Counted from the first letter of the stretch, positions 1 through 10,272 are shown. The stretch is DNA of 64,000 nt from an uncultured Flavobacteriales bacterium (GCA_963706125.1 CAVPLQ010000004.1:841056-905055), one strand, 5' to 3'. Notes: generated by a model not told the origin, from the sequence alone. Made by a program: numbers and translations.

Positions 1-237
1 TACCTTGCTTGGCGCGGTGATGCGCACGATCTCACAGCCCGCCTCGATCATGCGGATACTCTGGGCCACGGTGGCCGCTGTGTCCATGGTATTCGTGGTG
101 GTCATGCTCTGCACCCGGACGGGGTTGGCACCACCGATGCCCACATCACCGACCATCACGCTTCGGGTGTGCCAGCGCTCGTAGTGCGTCAGTGAGGGAC
201 AATAGGTGGTGGGCGTGATCAGCAGGTCCTGTGGCAT
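1..237 (-). CDS. ispG: 4-hydroxy-3-methylbut-2-en-1-yl diphosphate synthase (IspG/GcpE), N-terminal 79 codons; the gene continues beyond the window start
   Basis: Reverse translation from ATG at 237 gives MPQDLLITPTTYCPSLTHYERWHTRSVMVGDVGIGGANPVRVQSMTTTNTMDTAATVAQSIRMIEAGCEIVRITAPSKV. The VGxVxIGGxxPxxVQSMTxTxTxD...IVR pattern is the IspG N-terminal signature. It is absent from the ORF track because the window edge truncates it. Confidence 0.85.
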   Translation of the reverse strand, partial: MPQDLLITPTTYCPSLTHYERWHTRSVMVGDVGIGGANPVRVQSMTTTNTMDTAATVAQSIRMIEAGCEIVRITAPSKV

Positions 238-278
238 GGGGCTGCGAAGGTAAAGGGGGCACACTCTTCATGGTTCAC

Positions 279-304
279 CACAGAGGCACAGAGAACACAG
301 AGGG
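279..304. repeat. Iterated word cacagag x3 (starts 279, 287, 296)
   Basis: Read directly in the ispG / AsmA-like divergent intergenic region: cacagag-g-cacagag-aa-cacagag-gg. It has the same word-iteration style as the elements at 3186, 11239 and 30252, but only one arm is present. Confidence 0.6.
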
Positions 305-345
305 AAAAGCAAATTAAAAGATGCCCGGTCCGCGCTCGGCCTCGG

Positions 346-392
346 CAAGCACTCGCGTGCCTGCCTCCCGCAGGGACGATCGCGAGTGCTTG
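346..392. repeat. Perfect 12-bp inverted repeat (caagcactcgcg / cgcgagtgcttg) with a 23-nt loop
   Basis: Read directly: arm 346-357 is the exact reverse complement of arm 381-392. It lies in the divergent promoter region between ispG (-) and the AsmA-like gene (+). It could be an operator or an RNA hairpin. Confidence 0.7.
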
Positions 393-508
393 TCGACACC
401 ACACTTCCGGCACGCATTTCGCGTTCATGTTGAACATTCACCTGTGGACGATCCCACGCCCGTTTGCTCCCCCCCATTGCCGCTTCCCGGTACTTTTCGA
501 CCTTGCCC

Positions 509-3170
509 ATGTTACGCCTGATCCGACGCCTCGCCCTGTTCACCATCGCCGCCCTGGCCGTGGTGGTCTTGGCATTGGCGGCCGTCGCCTATTTCTTCCA
601 GTATGAAGTGAAGGCCAAGCTGGTGTCCGAACTGAACACGCACCTCACCGCCCCGCTGCACCAGACCGGCATCGAGCTCACGCTGATCAAGCGGTTCCCG
701 CAGGCCTCCCTGCGCATCCACGATGCCTTCATGCAGGAGGTGCGCACAGACGGAAAGGAACCGGACACGCTGCTCTATGCCAGGAACCTCTACCTCGAAT
801 TCAGTGTGTTCGCCCTGCTCACCGGCAACTACACCGTCCGTGAACTGCACGGCTCGGAGGTGAAGCTCTATCCGGGGCTGGACGCCAACGGCAACGGCAC
901 TTGGGAAGTGTGGAAAACCGATACCAGCGCCACAACGAGCGGCAGCAACACGGACATCGACCTGCGGCGAGTAACCTTCGACGGGTTGGCAGGCCGCTTC
1001 CGCGACGACCGTTCGGGCTTGGAAGTGGCGATCAGCAGCAAAAAGCTCGCGCTCGGTGCGCGTTTCCGCAATTCCGGCTCCACCTTGACCACACGTGGGG
1101 ATATCCGGTTGCGACACTGGAACAATGACGAGGGCATCGTCCTCGCCGACCGCAAGGCCGCGGTGGACCTGAAGATGGCCTTTGGTGGCCCGGAAGGCGG
1201 GTTCCGCATCGAAAAGGGCGAACTGCTTTTCGGCAAGACGCCGCTGAACGTGACCTTGGCCGTAACGGCGGAAAAGGCTGGTCATGCGCTCGATCTGCGC
1301 GCCAATGGCTTCGCGCTGGACCTCGCCAGCGTGGTCCAACTCCTTCCGGAGAACCTTCGCAAAACCATGGGCCGCTACGGCATGGACGGCAGTGCGGACA
1401 TCGCCATCCACTATGCCGGCCCATTGGATGCGCCGGGCCCGTCACTTTCCGTGGGCATGAAGTTGAGCGATGGCCGCTTCACGGAGCTGGCGTCCAGGAC
1501 GGTGTTCCGCAAGGTGCAAGGTGAGTTCTCCGCCGACCTCACTCCGAAATGGGCGCCCAGTAGGCTCGTGGTAAAAAACTTTTCCGCAGCATCAGCTTCC
1601 GGCTCGGTCGGAGGAAGCATGGACCTGGCCGGACTGAAGAACGCCAAGCTCGTCGCTGACCTGCACGGCAACCTCGGCCTCGCGGATCTGCTGCGCTTCG
1701 TAGGACTGGACACGTTGGAACAAGTGACCGGAAACATGAAGGCCACCGCCCACATCCAAGGCCGGCTGCGGGATGTGGAGGATTTCAAGGCGGCGGACCT
1801 GCACGGGCTGGCCATAACGGGTAGCGTAAAACTGACCGATGCCAGCCTGAAGATGAAGGGACTGCGACACCGCGTCTCCGAGCTCAACGCAGAACTCGCC
1901 TTGGCCGGCAACGATGCCTTGGTGCACGGCCTCCGCTTCAATCTTCAAGGCAATGCGATGGAGCTTACCGGCACCTTGCACAACCTGATGCCATATGCGC
2001 TCTTCAACAACCAACGGCTCACCATCGAAGCCAAAGGAAGCTCACCTTCACTGGACCTCGCATCCCTGCTCGCCGCGAAGACCAAGGCCACAGCTGCGCC
2101 GGCTTCCACCTATGCCTTCACACTTCCCGCGTTGATCGACCTGGACCTCAAGGCCACTATTGGGGAGTTGAAGATGGAACTGTTCAGGGCCACCGACATC
2201 GCCTGCAACCTGCGGATGACGGGTCAAAAGCTTGCGTTGGAACCACTCACTTTCAAAACGGCGGAGGGCAGTGTGAGCGGCAGCCTGAAGCTCGATGCCC
2301 GCCCCGCGCCTGCCTATCCGTTGACCATTAACGCGGATCTCAAAGGCATTAATATCACCACGCTGTTCTCGGAATTCCAGAATTTCGGACAGACCTTCAT
2401 CACCTCGGCAAACGTGAAGGGCCACGGTGATGCGCAGCTCACTTTCACGGCACCGCTGCGGCCGGATCTTCAGTCTGGACCAGAGCAAGCTGCACTGTGT
2501 GGCGGACATCACGCTGTTGAACGGCGAACTGAACGACCACGCCTCCCTGATCGCAGTGGCGGACTACCTGAAAAAGAACACGCTCACCGCACCATTCGTG
2601 GACACGGACGCGCTGAGGAAGCAGCTCGCACAAGTCACCTTCGCGAAGCTGGAGAACCGCATCGAGATCAAGGACCGGTCCGTTTACCTGCCACTGATGA
2701 CCGTGAGCAGCTCCGTGATGGATCTGGAGGTGAGCGGCACGCACGGCTTCGATGGCGAAGTCGATGACCACCTCAACTTCCGCTTGGGCGACCTGTTCCG
2801 CACGGCGCAAAGCAGCGGCGACGAGTTCGGCCCGATCATCGACGACGGTACCGGACTGCGGATCTTCCTGCACATGTTCGGCACCACGGACAACCTGCAG
2901 TTCGGCAACGACGGCGCCGTGGCTGCGGCCCGCCGGAAGGAACGCATGCAAGCGGAGACCGCCCAGCTAAAGGGGATACTGAAGGGCATCGTCACCGGTG
3001 AAAAGACCGCGTCCGCCGCGCCACCACCGCAGCAAGGAAAAGTCACCGTGGAATTCGGCGATGAGAAGAGCGCGCCTCCACCGCCCGTGGAGAAGCCGAA
3101 AAAAGGGCTGGGGCGCTTGCTGCAGAAGAGCGACAAAGAGGAACCGCAGGTGATCATCGGCGTGGAGTGA
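509..3170 (+). pseudogene. AsmA/TamB-like family envelope protein, frameshifted near 2465-2475 (or assembly indel)
   Basis: ORFs 464..2767 and 2427..3170 are two frames of one protein. Frame 1 has a likely start at ATG 509; MLRLIRRLALFTIAALAVVVLALAAVAYFF is an N-terminal membrane anchor. It reads sensibly to ...DAQLTFTAPLRPDL and then turns into Arg/Gly-rich nonsense. Frame 2 continues ...SLDQSKLHCVADITLLNGELNDHASLIAVADYLKKNTL... to the stop at 3170. The family call rests only on overall architecture: one N-terminal TM, about 850 aa of beta-rich sequence and a Lys/Pro-rich tail. Confidence 0.6.
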
Positions 3171-3185
3171 GGTCATGCAGGAAAA

Positions 3186-3285
3186 GAACCACGGATGAGC
3201 ACGGATGAACACGGATAAGATCCTTTCAAGCTGCTGGGAAGCGGGCATTTCAGCATCCGTGTCGATCCGTGTCCATCCGTGGTTC
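3186..3285. repeat. Composite palindrome built from the iterated word acggatga/cacggat; about 31-bp imperfect arms, 38-nt spacer
   Basis: Left arm 3186-3216 is gaaccacggatgagcacggatgaacacggat. Right arm 3255-3285 is atccgtgtcgatccgtgtccatccgtggttc, the reverse complement with a few mismatches. It sits between the AsmA-like stop (3170) and the kinase start (3309). Confidence 0.85.
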
Positions 3286-3308
3286 AACTTTGAGGTCCTT
3301 CATCCGGA

Positions 3309-4814
3309 ATGAACCTCTACTCTCGGAAACAACGCTGGAAGCTCGTGCTCGCACTGGTGGCCATGACCATCGTGGGGGCATCGCTGTGGTACAGCAGCCG
3401 CATCGTGAACAAGGTGCGCTTGGAGGAGCGCCGCAAGGTGGAGCTCTGGGCAGAGGCGGTGCGCAACCGGGCACAGTTGGTGAACTACACCGATTCGCTC
3501 TTCCACCGGCTGCGTGAAGAGGAGCGCAAGCGCGTGGAGCTGTGGGCGGACGCCCAGGTGCATCTCGCCAGCGACGACGTGAACGACCTCAGCTTCTACC
3601 TGAAGGTGGTGAGCGACAACACCACCATCCCCGTGATCATCACCGATGACAAGGGTCGGCCCACGTCGAGCCACAGAAACCTGAACCCGGGGATCGAGGA
3701 CGACCCGGACTCCCTGCTCGCCGAGGTGAAGCGGATGGATGCCGTCCATGAGCCCATCCCCATCACCCTCTTCGGCGACCACAAGCAATACCTGCACTAC
3801 ACGGACTCACGTATCGTCACCGAGCTGGAGCAGGTGATGGACAACATCATCCGTAGCTTCATCAGCGAGACCGTGATGAACACCGCCGCCGTGCCGGTGA
3901 TCTACACCGACAGCACACGCACCCATGTGATCGAGCACAGCAACATCGAGCAGGAGACCATCGGTGACCCTGTAAAGCTCGAAGCCCGCATTGCCGCCAT
4001 GGCACAGGCCAACCAGCCCATCGAGGTGTCGCTCGCGGGCCGCGGCCGCAATTACATCTTCTACGAGGAAAGCCGCGTGATCACTCAGTTGCGCTACTTC
4101 CCCTATGTGCAGTTGATCATCATCGGGCTGTTCCTGCTAGTGAGCTACGCGCTCTTCAGCCTTTTCCGCAATGCCGAACAGAACCAGGTGTGGGTGGGCA
4201 TGGCGAAGGAGACCGCCCACCAGCTCGGCACGCCGCTCAGCTCCCTGATGGCGTGGATGGAACTGATGGAGGCGAACGGCACGGACCCTGCGGCCGTCAC
4301 CGAAATGCGCAAGGACGTGGCGCGCTTGGAGATGATCACCGAGCGCTTCAGCAAGATCGGCTCAACACCCGACCTCGTACCGGAGAACATCGACCTTGTG
4401 CTCCGCGACACCGTGCAGTACCTGCGCCCGCGCCTGCCAAGCCGCGTGAAGATCGAAGTGCATTCCCCGGATCCCGACATCACCGTCCCCGTGAACCGTG
4501 CGCTGTTCAGCTGGGTGCTGGAGAACCTGATGCGCAATGCGGTGGATGCCATGGAAGGCGAAGGGAGCATCACCATCACCACGGAAAAGGACGGCAACGA
4601 AGTACATGTGGACGTCACGGATACCGGCAAAGGCATTCCTGCAAGGCAGCTGCGCACCGTGTTCCAGCCCGGCTTCACGACCAAAAAGCGCGGCTGGGGC
4701 CTCGGGCTTTCGCTCACCAAGCGCATCATGGAGACCTATCACAAAGGCAAGATCTTCGTGAAGCGCTCCACGGTTGGGAAAGGGACGACGTTCAGGATCT
4801 CGTTGCGGGGGTGA
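3309..4814 (+). CDS. Sensor histidine kinase (orphan; no adjacent response regulator)
   Basis: H-box HQLGTPLSSLMAWMELM, N-box ENLMRNAVDAM, G1 DTGKGIP, G2 GWGLGLSLTKRIM. Two hydrophobic segments (LVLALVAMTIVGASLWY and YVQLIIIGLFLLVSYALFSLF) bracket a putative periplasmic domain. Confidence 0.88.
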   Translation: MNLYSRKQRWKLVLALVAMTIVGASLWYSSRIVNKVRLEERRKVELWAEAVRNRAQLVNYTDSLFHRLREEERKRVELWADAQVHLASDDVNDLSFYLKVVSDNTTIPVIITDDKGRPTSSHRNLNPGIEDDPDSLLAEVKRMDAVHEPIPITLFGDHKQYLHYTDSRIVTELEQVMDNIIRSFISETVMNTAAVPVIYTDSTRTHVIEHSNIEQETIGDPVKLEARIAAMAQANQPIEVSLAGRGRNYIFYEESRVITQLRYFPYVQLIIIGLFLLVSYALFSLFRNAEQNQVWVGMAKETAHQLGTPLSSLMAWMELMEANGTDPAAVTEMRKDVARLEMITERFSKIGSTPDLVPENIDLVLRDTVQYLRPRLPSRVKIEVHSPDPDITVPVNRALFSWVLENLMRNAVDAMEGEGSITITTEKDGNEVHVDVTDTGKGIPARQLRTVFQPGFTTKKRGWGLGLSLTKRIMETYHKGKIFVKRSTVGKGTTFRISLRG

Positions 4815-4843
4815 GGGGATCGTAAACTCGATCGCATTGAGAT

Positions 4844-5983
4844 ATGTCCGGCCTCTACTTCCATATCCCTTTCTGCCGCAAAGCCTGCGTGTACTGCGAC
4901 TTCCACTTCAGCACGTCCTTGGCGTCGAAGGACCGGGTGCTGGCGGCGATGCGCACGGAACTGCGATCACGGATGGATGAACTACACTCGCCACAGGTGA
5001 GCAAAGACCCATCGTCGGGCTCCATCTACTTCGGCGGCGGCACACCGAGCTTGCTTTCGCCGAAGGAGCTCGGCATGTTGCTTGAAGATGCGCGTTCGCT
5101 TGCAACCGTTGAAGCCGATGCCGAGATCACCATCGAGGCCAATCCCGATGACATCTCTGAAACGGTGCTGACGGCCTGGCGCGACATCGGCATCACCCGC
5201 GTGAGCCTCGGCGTGCAGAGTTTCCGTGAAGATCGTCTGCAGTGGATGGGACGCGCGCATAACGCGGAACAGTCACTTCGAACGATCGAACTTGTGGCCA
5301 ATGCCGGGTTCGCCTCGTGGACCATCGACCTGATCTACGGTCTGCCGGGCATGACGCTGCCGGAATGGGACGAGCAGCTCACCATCGCGTTGGACCACGG
5401 CATGCCGCATTTATCCGCCTATTGCCTCACGGTGGAAACACGCACCGCTTTGCACAAGCAGGTGCAGACCGGGCGCATCGTGCCGGCAAATGATGAAGAG
5501 CAGGCCACTCAATTTGAGCACGGCATTGCGCGTGTTGCGAAGGCTGGACTGATACAGTACGAGATCAGCAACTTCGGCAAGAAGGGCCATTTCGCAAAGC
5601 ACAACACAAGCTACTGGCAAGGCGTGCCCTACCTCGGCATCGGACCTTCGGCGCATTCGTTCGATGGCGCGAAACGTCGCTGGAACGTAGCGAACAATGT
5701 GCGCTATTCCATGGGCGTAGAGAGTGGTGAACGGTTCTGGGAAGAGGAGACGCTCACGCCTGTGCAGCGCATCAACGAGCAGGTGCTCACCGGCCTGCGC
5801 ACCATGTGGGGCGTGGAGCTTTCCACGCTCGGCGAGGCGTTCCGCAAGGCGAATGCGAAGACGATTGAACGCTATCTTGCGCTGGATGAACTTCTGGAGC
5901 GCAATGGACGCTTGATCCTCACCCAAAAAGGTAAAAACTTCGCCGACCGTATCGCGTCGGACCTCTTTCTCCCCGAGCCATGA
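4844..5983 (+). CDS. hemW: Radical SAM family haem chaperone HemW (HemN-like)
   Basis: The N-terminus MSGLYFHIPFCRKACVYCDFHF carries the CxxxCxxC radical-SAM motif in the HemN/HemW context. The 379-aa length is typical of HemW rather than HemN. Confidence 0.88.
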   Translation: MSGLYFHIPFCRKACVYCDFHFSTSLASKDRVLAAMRTELRSRMDELHSPQVSKDPSSGSIYFGGGTPSLLSPKELGMLLEDARSLATVEADAEITIEANPDDISETVLTAWRDIGITRVSLGVQSFREDRLQWMGRAHNAEQSLRTIELVANAGFASWTIDLIYGLPGMTLPEWDEQLTIALDHGMPHLSAYCLTVETRTALHKQVQTGRIVPANDEEQATQFEHGIARVAKAGLIQYEISNFGKKGHFAKHNTSYWQGVPYLGIGPSAHSFDGAKRRWNVANNVRYSMGVESGERFWEEETLTPVQRINEQVLTGLRTMWGVELSTLGEAFRKANAKTIERYLALDELLERNGRLILTQKGKNFADRIASDLFLPEP

Positions 5984-6741
5984 TCGCCGAGATCACCCAC
6001 CAAGGACGCTCTTGGCGCATCGCGCTGGACAAGCCCATCGACCTCTCGCTGCCTTTGGACGCGAACAGTGCCGGACCGCGTGCGTGGCATGTGGTTGCAC
6101 CCACCTTCACACCTGTGCAGGAGGGGGACAAGACTTACGCCGTAGCGGCTGGAGCACCCGTGAATTTCCGCGACGTGGCCTTCAACCCGCACGGCCATGG
6201 CACCCACACGGAGAGCGTAGGGCACATCACAGCGGAGGTTCAGCCCGTGGGCCCGGTCTTCCCGCGCTATTGGTTCGCGGCGCAGTTGGTCAGTGTGCTT
6301 CCGGAGGAACGTCGCACGACAGATGGTGTGGACAAGGTGATCACGCTGGGGCAAATGCGGGGAGCGATCGATGAGCACGTTCCCGAAGCGTTGGTGATCC
6401 GGACTTGGCCGAACGACGGTGACAAACGCATCCGCCAATGGACCGGCACGAACCCGCCGTACATCGAGAAGGAGGCCTGTGCTTGGCTGCGCAGCATCGG
6501 CGTGCTGCACCTGCTGTTGGACGTTCCCAGCGTGGACCGCGAGCAGGACAAAGGCGAGCTCGCCGCGCACCATGCCTTCTGGGACTATCCGCACACGCTG
6601 GACCTGCGGCGCACGATCACCGAAATGATCCATGTACCGGACCAGGTGCGCGACGGCGAATACCTGCTTGAACTGCAGGTGCCCAACTTTATCAACGATG
6701 CCGCGCCGAGCCGCCCGGTACTCTATGCCCCGTTGCCATGA
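5980..6741 (+). CDS. Putative cyclase / kynurenine-formamidase-like family protein
   Basis: HGHGTHTESVGH resembles the HxGTHxDxPxH metal motif of the cyclase family. The start ATG overlaps the hemW stop (ATGA). Confidence 0.55.
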   Translation: MIAEITHQGRSWRIALDKPIDLSLPLDANSAGPRAWHVVAPTFTPVQEGDKTYAVAAGAPVNFRDVAFNPHGHGTHTESVGHITAEVQPVGPVFPRYWFAAQLVSVLPEERRTTDGVDKVITLGQMRGAIDEHVPEALVIRTWPNDGDKRIRQWTGTNPPYIEKEACAWLRSIGVLHLLLDVPSVDREQDKGELAAHHAFWDYPHTLDLRRTITEMIHVPDQVRDGEYLLELQVPNFINDAAPSRPVLYAPLP

Positions 6742-7094
6742 ACATCGAGTCTTTTCGTGAACTCTGCCTGAAGAAACCCGGCACCACCGAAGAGACACCC
6801 TTCGGCCCGGATACGCTCGTGTTCAAAGTGATGGGCAAGATGTTCGCCCTTACCGACCTCAACACCTTCGAAAGCGTGAACCTGAAGTGCGACCCGGAAC
6901 GCGCGGTGATGCTGCGCGAAGAGCACGAGGGTATCACGCCCGGATACCACATGAGCAAGGTGCATTGGAACACGGTGACCACCGATGGAAGCGTGAAGGA
7001 TGCCTTGATCCGGAAACTGCTGGACCACAGCTATGTACTGGTGGTGGCTTCGTTGCCTAAGAAGTTGCAGGCGGTGTTGGAGCAGATGGCGTAG
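6738..7094 (+). CDS. MmcQ/YjbR family DNA-binding protein
   Basis: 118 aa. The segments CLKKPGTTEETPFGPDTLVFKVMGKMFAL ... GYHMSKVHWNTV match the YjbR-fold family pattern. The start overlaps the preceding stop. Confidence 0.75.
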   Translation: MNIESFRELCLKKPGTTEETPFGPDTLVFKVMGKMFALTDLNTFESVNLKCDPERAVMLREEHEGITPGYHMSKVHWNTVTTDGSVKDALIRKLLDHSYVLVVASLPKKLQAVLEQMA

Positions 7095-7103
7095 CGGTCC
7101 GGA

Positions 7104-8696
7104 TCACTGCTTTAAGATGCGCTGCACCATACTGCGGCCAGCCGCATCCAGGGTGTGTATGAGGTAAACACCGCTTTCTCGGTCGCGCAGATCCACATGG
7201 GCCAGTCCGTGCCCCATGGTGACGGGGACGGGTACTCTACGGCCGGTGGCATCAAACACGGTGATGCGCTGCGATGCAGCTTCTGGGAGCACGATCGTGC
7301 AAGGCCCATAAGTGGGGTTCGGAAACATGCTCGTTGCACCTTGTTCCGCTTCACCGACACCATTGGTGATGCAGCCTGTCCAGAGATCCATCACCACCGG
7401 TGCCACCGTTATGGTTTGCGGCGCGATAGTACCGTACGGCGTGATCTCCACGACCGGGGTGCTTACAACAGGCACCAGATCCGTTACGACGATATCCAAC
7501 TCCTGGTCCACGCAACCGGCTATTCCATTCCCTTGCAGATCCACTTTCATCAGCAGCATCTGTTGGGTAGCGTTGCTCTGGGGCCGCATGGATCCAACGG
7601 CCCAAAGTGCGAGTGGCCCTTCTGGTGTGTCCGCGATGCACAGGCCGGCGAGGTCGCCGGTGGTTTCTCCCGCTCCGTACTTGCGCGCCCATACCACATC
7701 GCCTGCGGGCGTGCATTGCATCAGCACGGGGCGACTGTCCACTTGGGAGAATCCGACCCTTCCGGCCAGGAAGATGCCACCATCATGGTTCTGGATTCCT
7801 GCGAACTTGAGATTGGGCAGCGATGTATCCACGAACTTCTTGCACCACACCAGTTCTCCATTTTCCGCCACATGGAGTAAGATGCCATTGAGCGACTGCA
7901 ATAGGAAGACCGAACCGTTCCCGGCCACGGCAATGTCGATGGCCGAGTTGTACATATTCCCTGGCACATCGTAGCTGCGCGCCCATTGAAAGGTCCCGTT
8001 GGCGTTGAATTTCAAGAGGGACAAGACAGCATCGTACGGCTGCCCATCCACCGGAACGTGCGTTGAGCCCACCATGTAAATGCTACCGTCCGGTGCTACG
8101 GAAAGTCCTCCTGCAGTGTGACGACCGGTACCGACATGGGCCATGATCCCCCAGATCGAATTGAAGGACGTATCGCAGCGCAATAGCAGGAATGCCGGGT
8201 GATCTACATCGTCATAATCCGTACCACCCAGCACGATCAGGTCGCCGCCATAAGGGATCAGGTCCGTCATCTTCTCGGTGGAATCGGGGGTGCCCCATCC
8301 GTGGATCTCCGCTTGGGTTCCCGTCGCGCTGGTCTTTACCAAAACCATGTCGCGCTCCGGTTGTACCCCCAGCCCTCCACTGTTCCCTCCGATGATCATC
8401 CTTCCGTTCCCCAGGTCCAACACGCGCTGCGCCGCATCGGCCACATCGGTATCCAGCGAGCGTATGCTCAGCGGAACGCCATTGGGCGCGATGGTCAGCA
8501 CCGTAATGTCCTGCACGAGGCCCGCAGTGGAAATGCCACCGGCCACGAACAGGGTACCATCCGGCCCAGGCGAGAGGGAACTGCCGTAATTGAAATCGCC
8601 GGCCTGGTAACCGCGGAAGAAATGGACTTGCGCTTCGGAAGGAACACTAACAAGTGCAAGTATGAACAAGAAGGTAAGCTGCTGTGCTACCCGCAT
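7104..8696 (-). CDS. Secreted repeat protein with T9SS type-A C-terminal sorting domain
   Basis: Signal peptide MRVAQQLTFLFILALVSVPSEAQ. The C-terminal roughly 80 aa (MFPNPTYGPCTIVLPEAASQRITVFDATGRRV...GVYLIHTLDAAGRSMVQRILKQ) match the Por/T9SS type-A CTD pattern. The body is Gly/Asp-rich repeats, possibly a beta-propeller. Confidence 0.8.
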   Translation of the reverse strand: MRVAQQLTFLFILALVSVPSEAQVHFFRGYQAGDFNYGSSLSPGPDGTLFVAGGISTAGLVQDITVLTIAPNGVPLSIRSLDTDVADAAQRVLDLGNGRMIIGGNSGGLGVQPERDMVLVKTSATGTQAEIHGWGTPDSTEKMTDLIPYGGDLIVLGGTDYDDVDHPAFLLLRCDTSFNSIWGIMAHVGTGRHTAGGLSVAPDGSIYMVGSTHVPVDGQPYDAVLSLLKFNANGTFQWARSYDVPGNMYNSAIDIAVAGNGSVFLLQSLNGILLHVAENGELVWCKKFVDTSLPNLKFAGIQNHDGGIFLAGRVGFSQVDSRPVLMQCTPAGDVVWARKYGAGETTGDLAGLCIADTPEGPLALWAVGSMRPQSNATQQMLLMKVDLQGNGIAGCVDQELDIVVTDLVPVVSTPVVEITPYGTIAPQTITVAPVVMDLWTGCITNGVGEAEQGATSMFPNPTYGPCTIVLPEAASQRITVFDATGRRVPVPVTMGHGLAHVDLRDRESGVYLIHTLDAAGRSMVQRILKQ

Positions 8697-8792
8697 GAGG
8701 TGTTTTTCAGTCTATCGGGATCCGCGGAAAATGTGAACAGTCGCTAGGATCCTATTTCATGGAATAGCACCTTACGGGAATATCTTCGCGGC

Positions 8793-9368
8793 ATGAAAGA
8801 CCAGCGGAACATAGGCCGCGCCCTATTGGGCTATTTCTTCCGGGGCCTGCTGCTGATCGTCCCCATTGCGGTGATCGGGGGGGTTGCAGTGAAGGCATTG
8901 ACCTGGCTGGACCAGATCGTCCAGGTGGACATCCCCGGTCTGGGCATCGTGATCGTGCTTACCAGCATTGTCCTGATCGGTTGGCTGGGCTCCACCTTCT
9001 TCTACCAGCGCATGGCGGAGATCGGCGACGATATCCTGCGGCGTGTCCCCTTCCTTAAAACGGTCTACGATGCACTGAAGGACCTGATGGAAGGACTGGT
9101 AGGCAGTAAGAAGAAGTTCGACCGGCCGGTGATGATCACGCCATTGGACGGCTCCGGACTGGCGCAGTTGGGTTTTCTCACACAAGAGGACCTCACGCAC
9201 TTTGGCATCGACAGCACGCATGTGGCAGTTTACGTACCGTACAGCTTTGCATGGAGCGGCCGCCTGTTCATCGTGCCCGCATCCAGCGTAACCCCCATCG
9301 ATGCCAAGGCCGCCGAGGTGATGAAGTTCATCCTCAGCGGTGGTGTAACCCGTGTGGACGACGAATGA
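8793..9368 (+). CDS. DUF502-like small membrane protein
   Basis: 191 aa with two N-terminal TM helices (LLLIVPIAVIGGVAV and GIVIVLTSIVLIGWLG) followed by a soluble domain. The family call comes from architecture and memory of DUF502. Confidence 0.6.
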   Translation: MKDQRNIGRALLGYFFRGLLLIVPIAVIGGVAVKALTWLDQIVQVDIPGLGIVIVLTSIVLIGWLGSTFFYQRMAEIGDDILRRVPFLKTVYDALKDLMEGLVGSKKKFDRPVMITPLDGSGLAQLGFLTQEDLTHFGIDSTHVAVYVPYSFAWSGRLFIVPASSVTPIDAKAAEVMKFILSGGVTRVDDE

Positions 9369-10228
9369 AAAAGGGATTTTTCGCACTGCCTGTGCTGATC
9401 ATCGCACTGCTTGCTTCGGCCACGGTACACGCCCAATCCGCGCCGGGCTTGAGCGCCTACCAGTTCAGTGACGGTGTGCATCCCACGTTCGACGCCACCT
9501 TCGAGGATGCGCGGGATAGGGACGTGGCGTCCTTCTGGCGGAACGAGCTGAAAAGCATCAGTGTGAAGGTGACGAACAAGAAGGAACTGATCGGGGCCGC
9601 GGCCCGCATCCCGGCCGCTTCTCCCGATACCATGCGCATCCTGATCGCGGTGGACCGGCCCAAAGGCGGCTTGTACACCACGGCGCACATCGCGTTTCTT
9701 TCCACCGCCGGCTATGTGGGGCCGGATTCCCCGGAACGCGAGCTCAATGGCTGCACCCAATGGGTCCAACAGCGTACCGTGACCTTGCGGAAGCAGTTCG
9801 CGCAAGCCGCACTGGAGCTGGGCCGACGCGATCTCAGTCGGCTGCAACGGGACCTTGACTTGTTGAAGCGGGAGAAAGACCGCGCCGAAAACAACATCCG
9901 GAAAGCACAACAACGGAGCGAAAAGGCCGGTCGGGACAAGGAAGCCAGTGAAAAGCAGCTCGGCGAAATGGATGACCCCGCATCAACCGCCCCAGCGGAC
10001 AGCACGAGCGACCCCGACGTGGAAAAGAACCGTTTGAAGCAACAAGCAAAGCTGCGAGACAAGGCCGCCCGTGCCGCCAGGACCGCCCAGGACATGGAGA
10101 AGAAGACCAAGGACCTGGAGTGGGCGATCAAGCAGAACGACAAGGACCAGGTGTCGAAGCAGGAAGAGATCGACCGTCAGCGAACGGTGGTGAACGGATT
10201 GCAGGAAAAGCTACAGGCCATCCACTGA
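9365..10228 (+). CDS. Hypothetical secreted protein with a charged coiled-coil C-terminal half
   Basis: Start ATG 9365 overlaps the DUF502 stop (ATGA). Signal peptide MKKGFFALPVLIIALLASATVHAQ. The C-terminal roughly 130 aa are heptad-like and K/E/R/D/Q-rich (RDLSRLQRDLDLLKREKDRAENNIRKAQQRSEK...). No family recognised. Confidence 0.6.
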   Translation: MKKGFFALPVLIIALLASATVHAQSAPGLSAYQFSDGVHPTFDATFEDARDRDVASFWRNELKSISVKVTNKKELIGAAARIPAASPDTMRILIAVDRPKGGLYTTAHIAFLSTAGYVGPDSPERELNGCTQWVQQRTVTLRKQFAQAALELGRRDLSRLQRDLDLLKREKDRAENNIRKAQQRSEKAGRDKEASEKQLGEMDDPASTAPADSTSDPDVEKNRLKQQAKLRDKAARAARTAQDMEKKTKDLEWAIKQNDKDQVSKQEEIDRQRTVVNGLQEKLQAIH

Positions 10229-10272
10229 ATGTGGGCTTCTCGGCTAAGCAACATGATGGAAACCCGGTAGCC

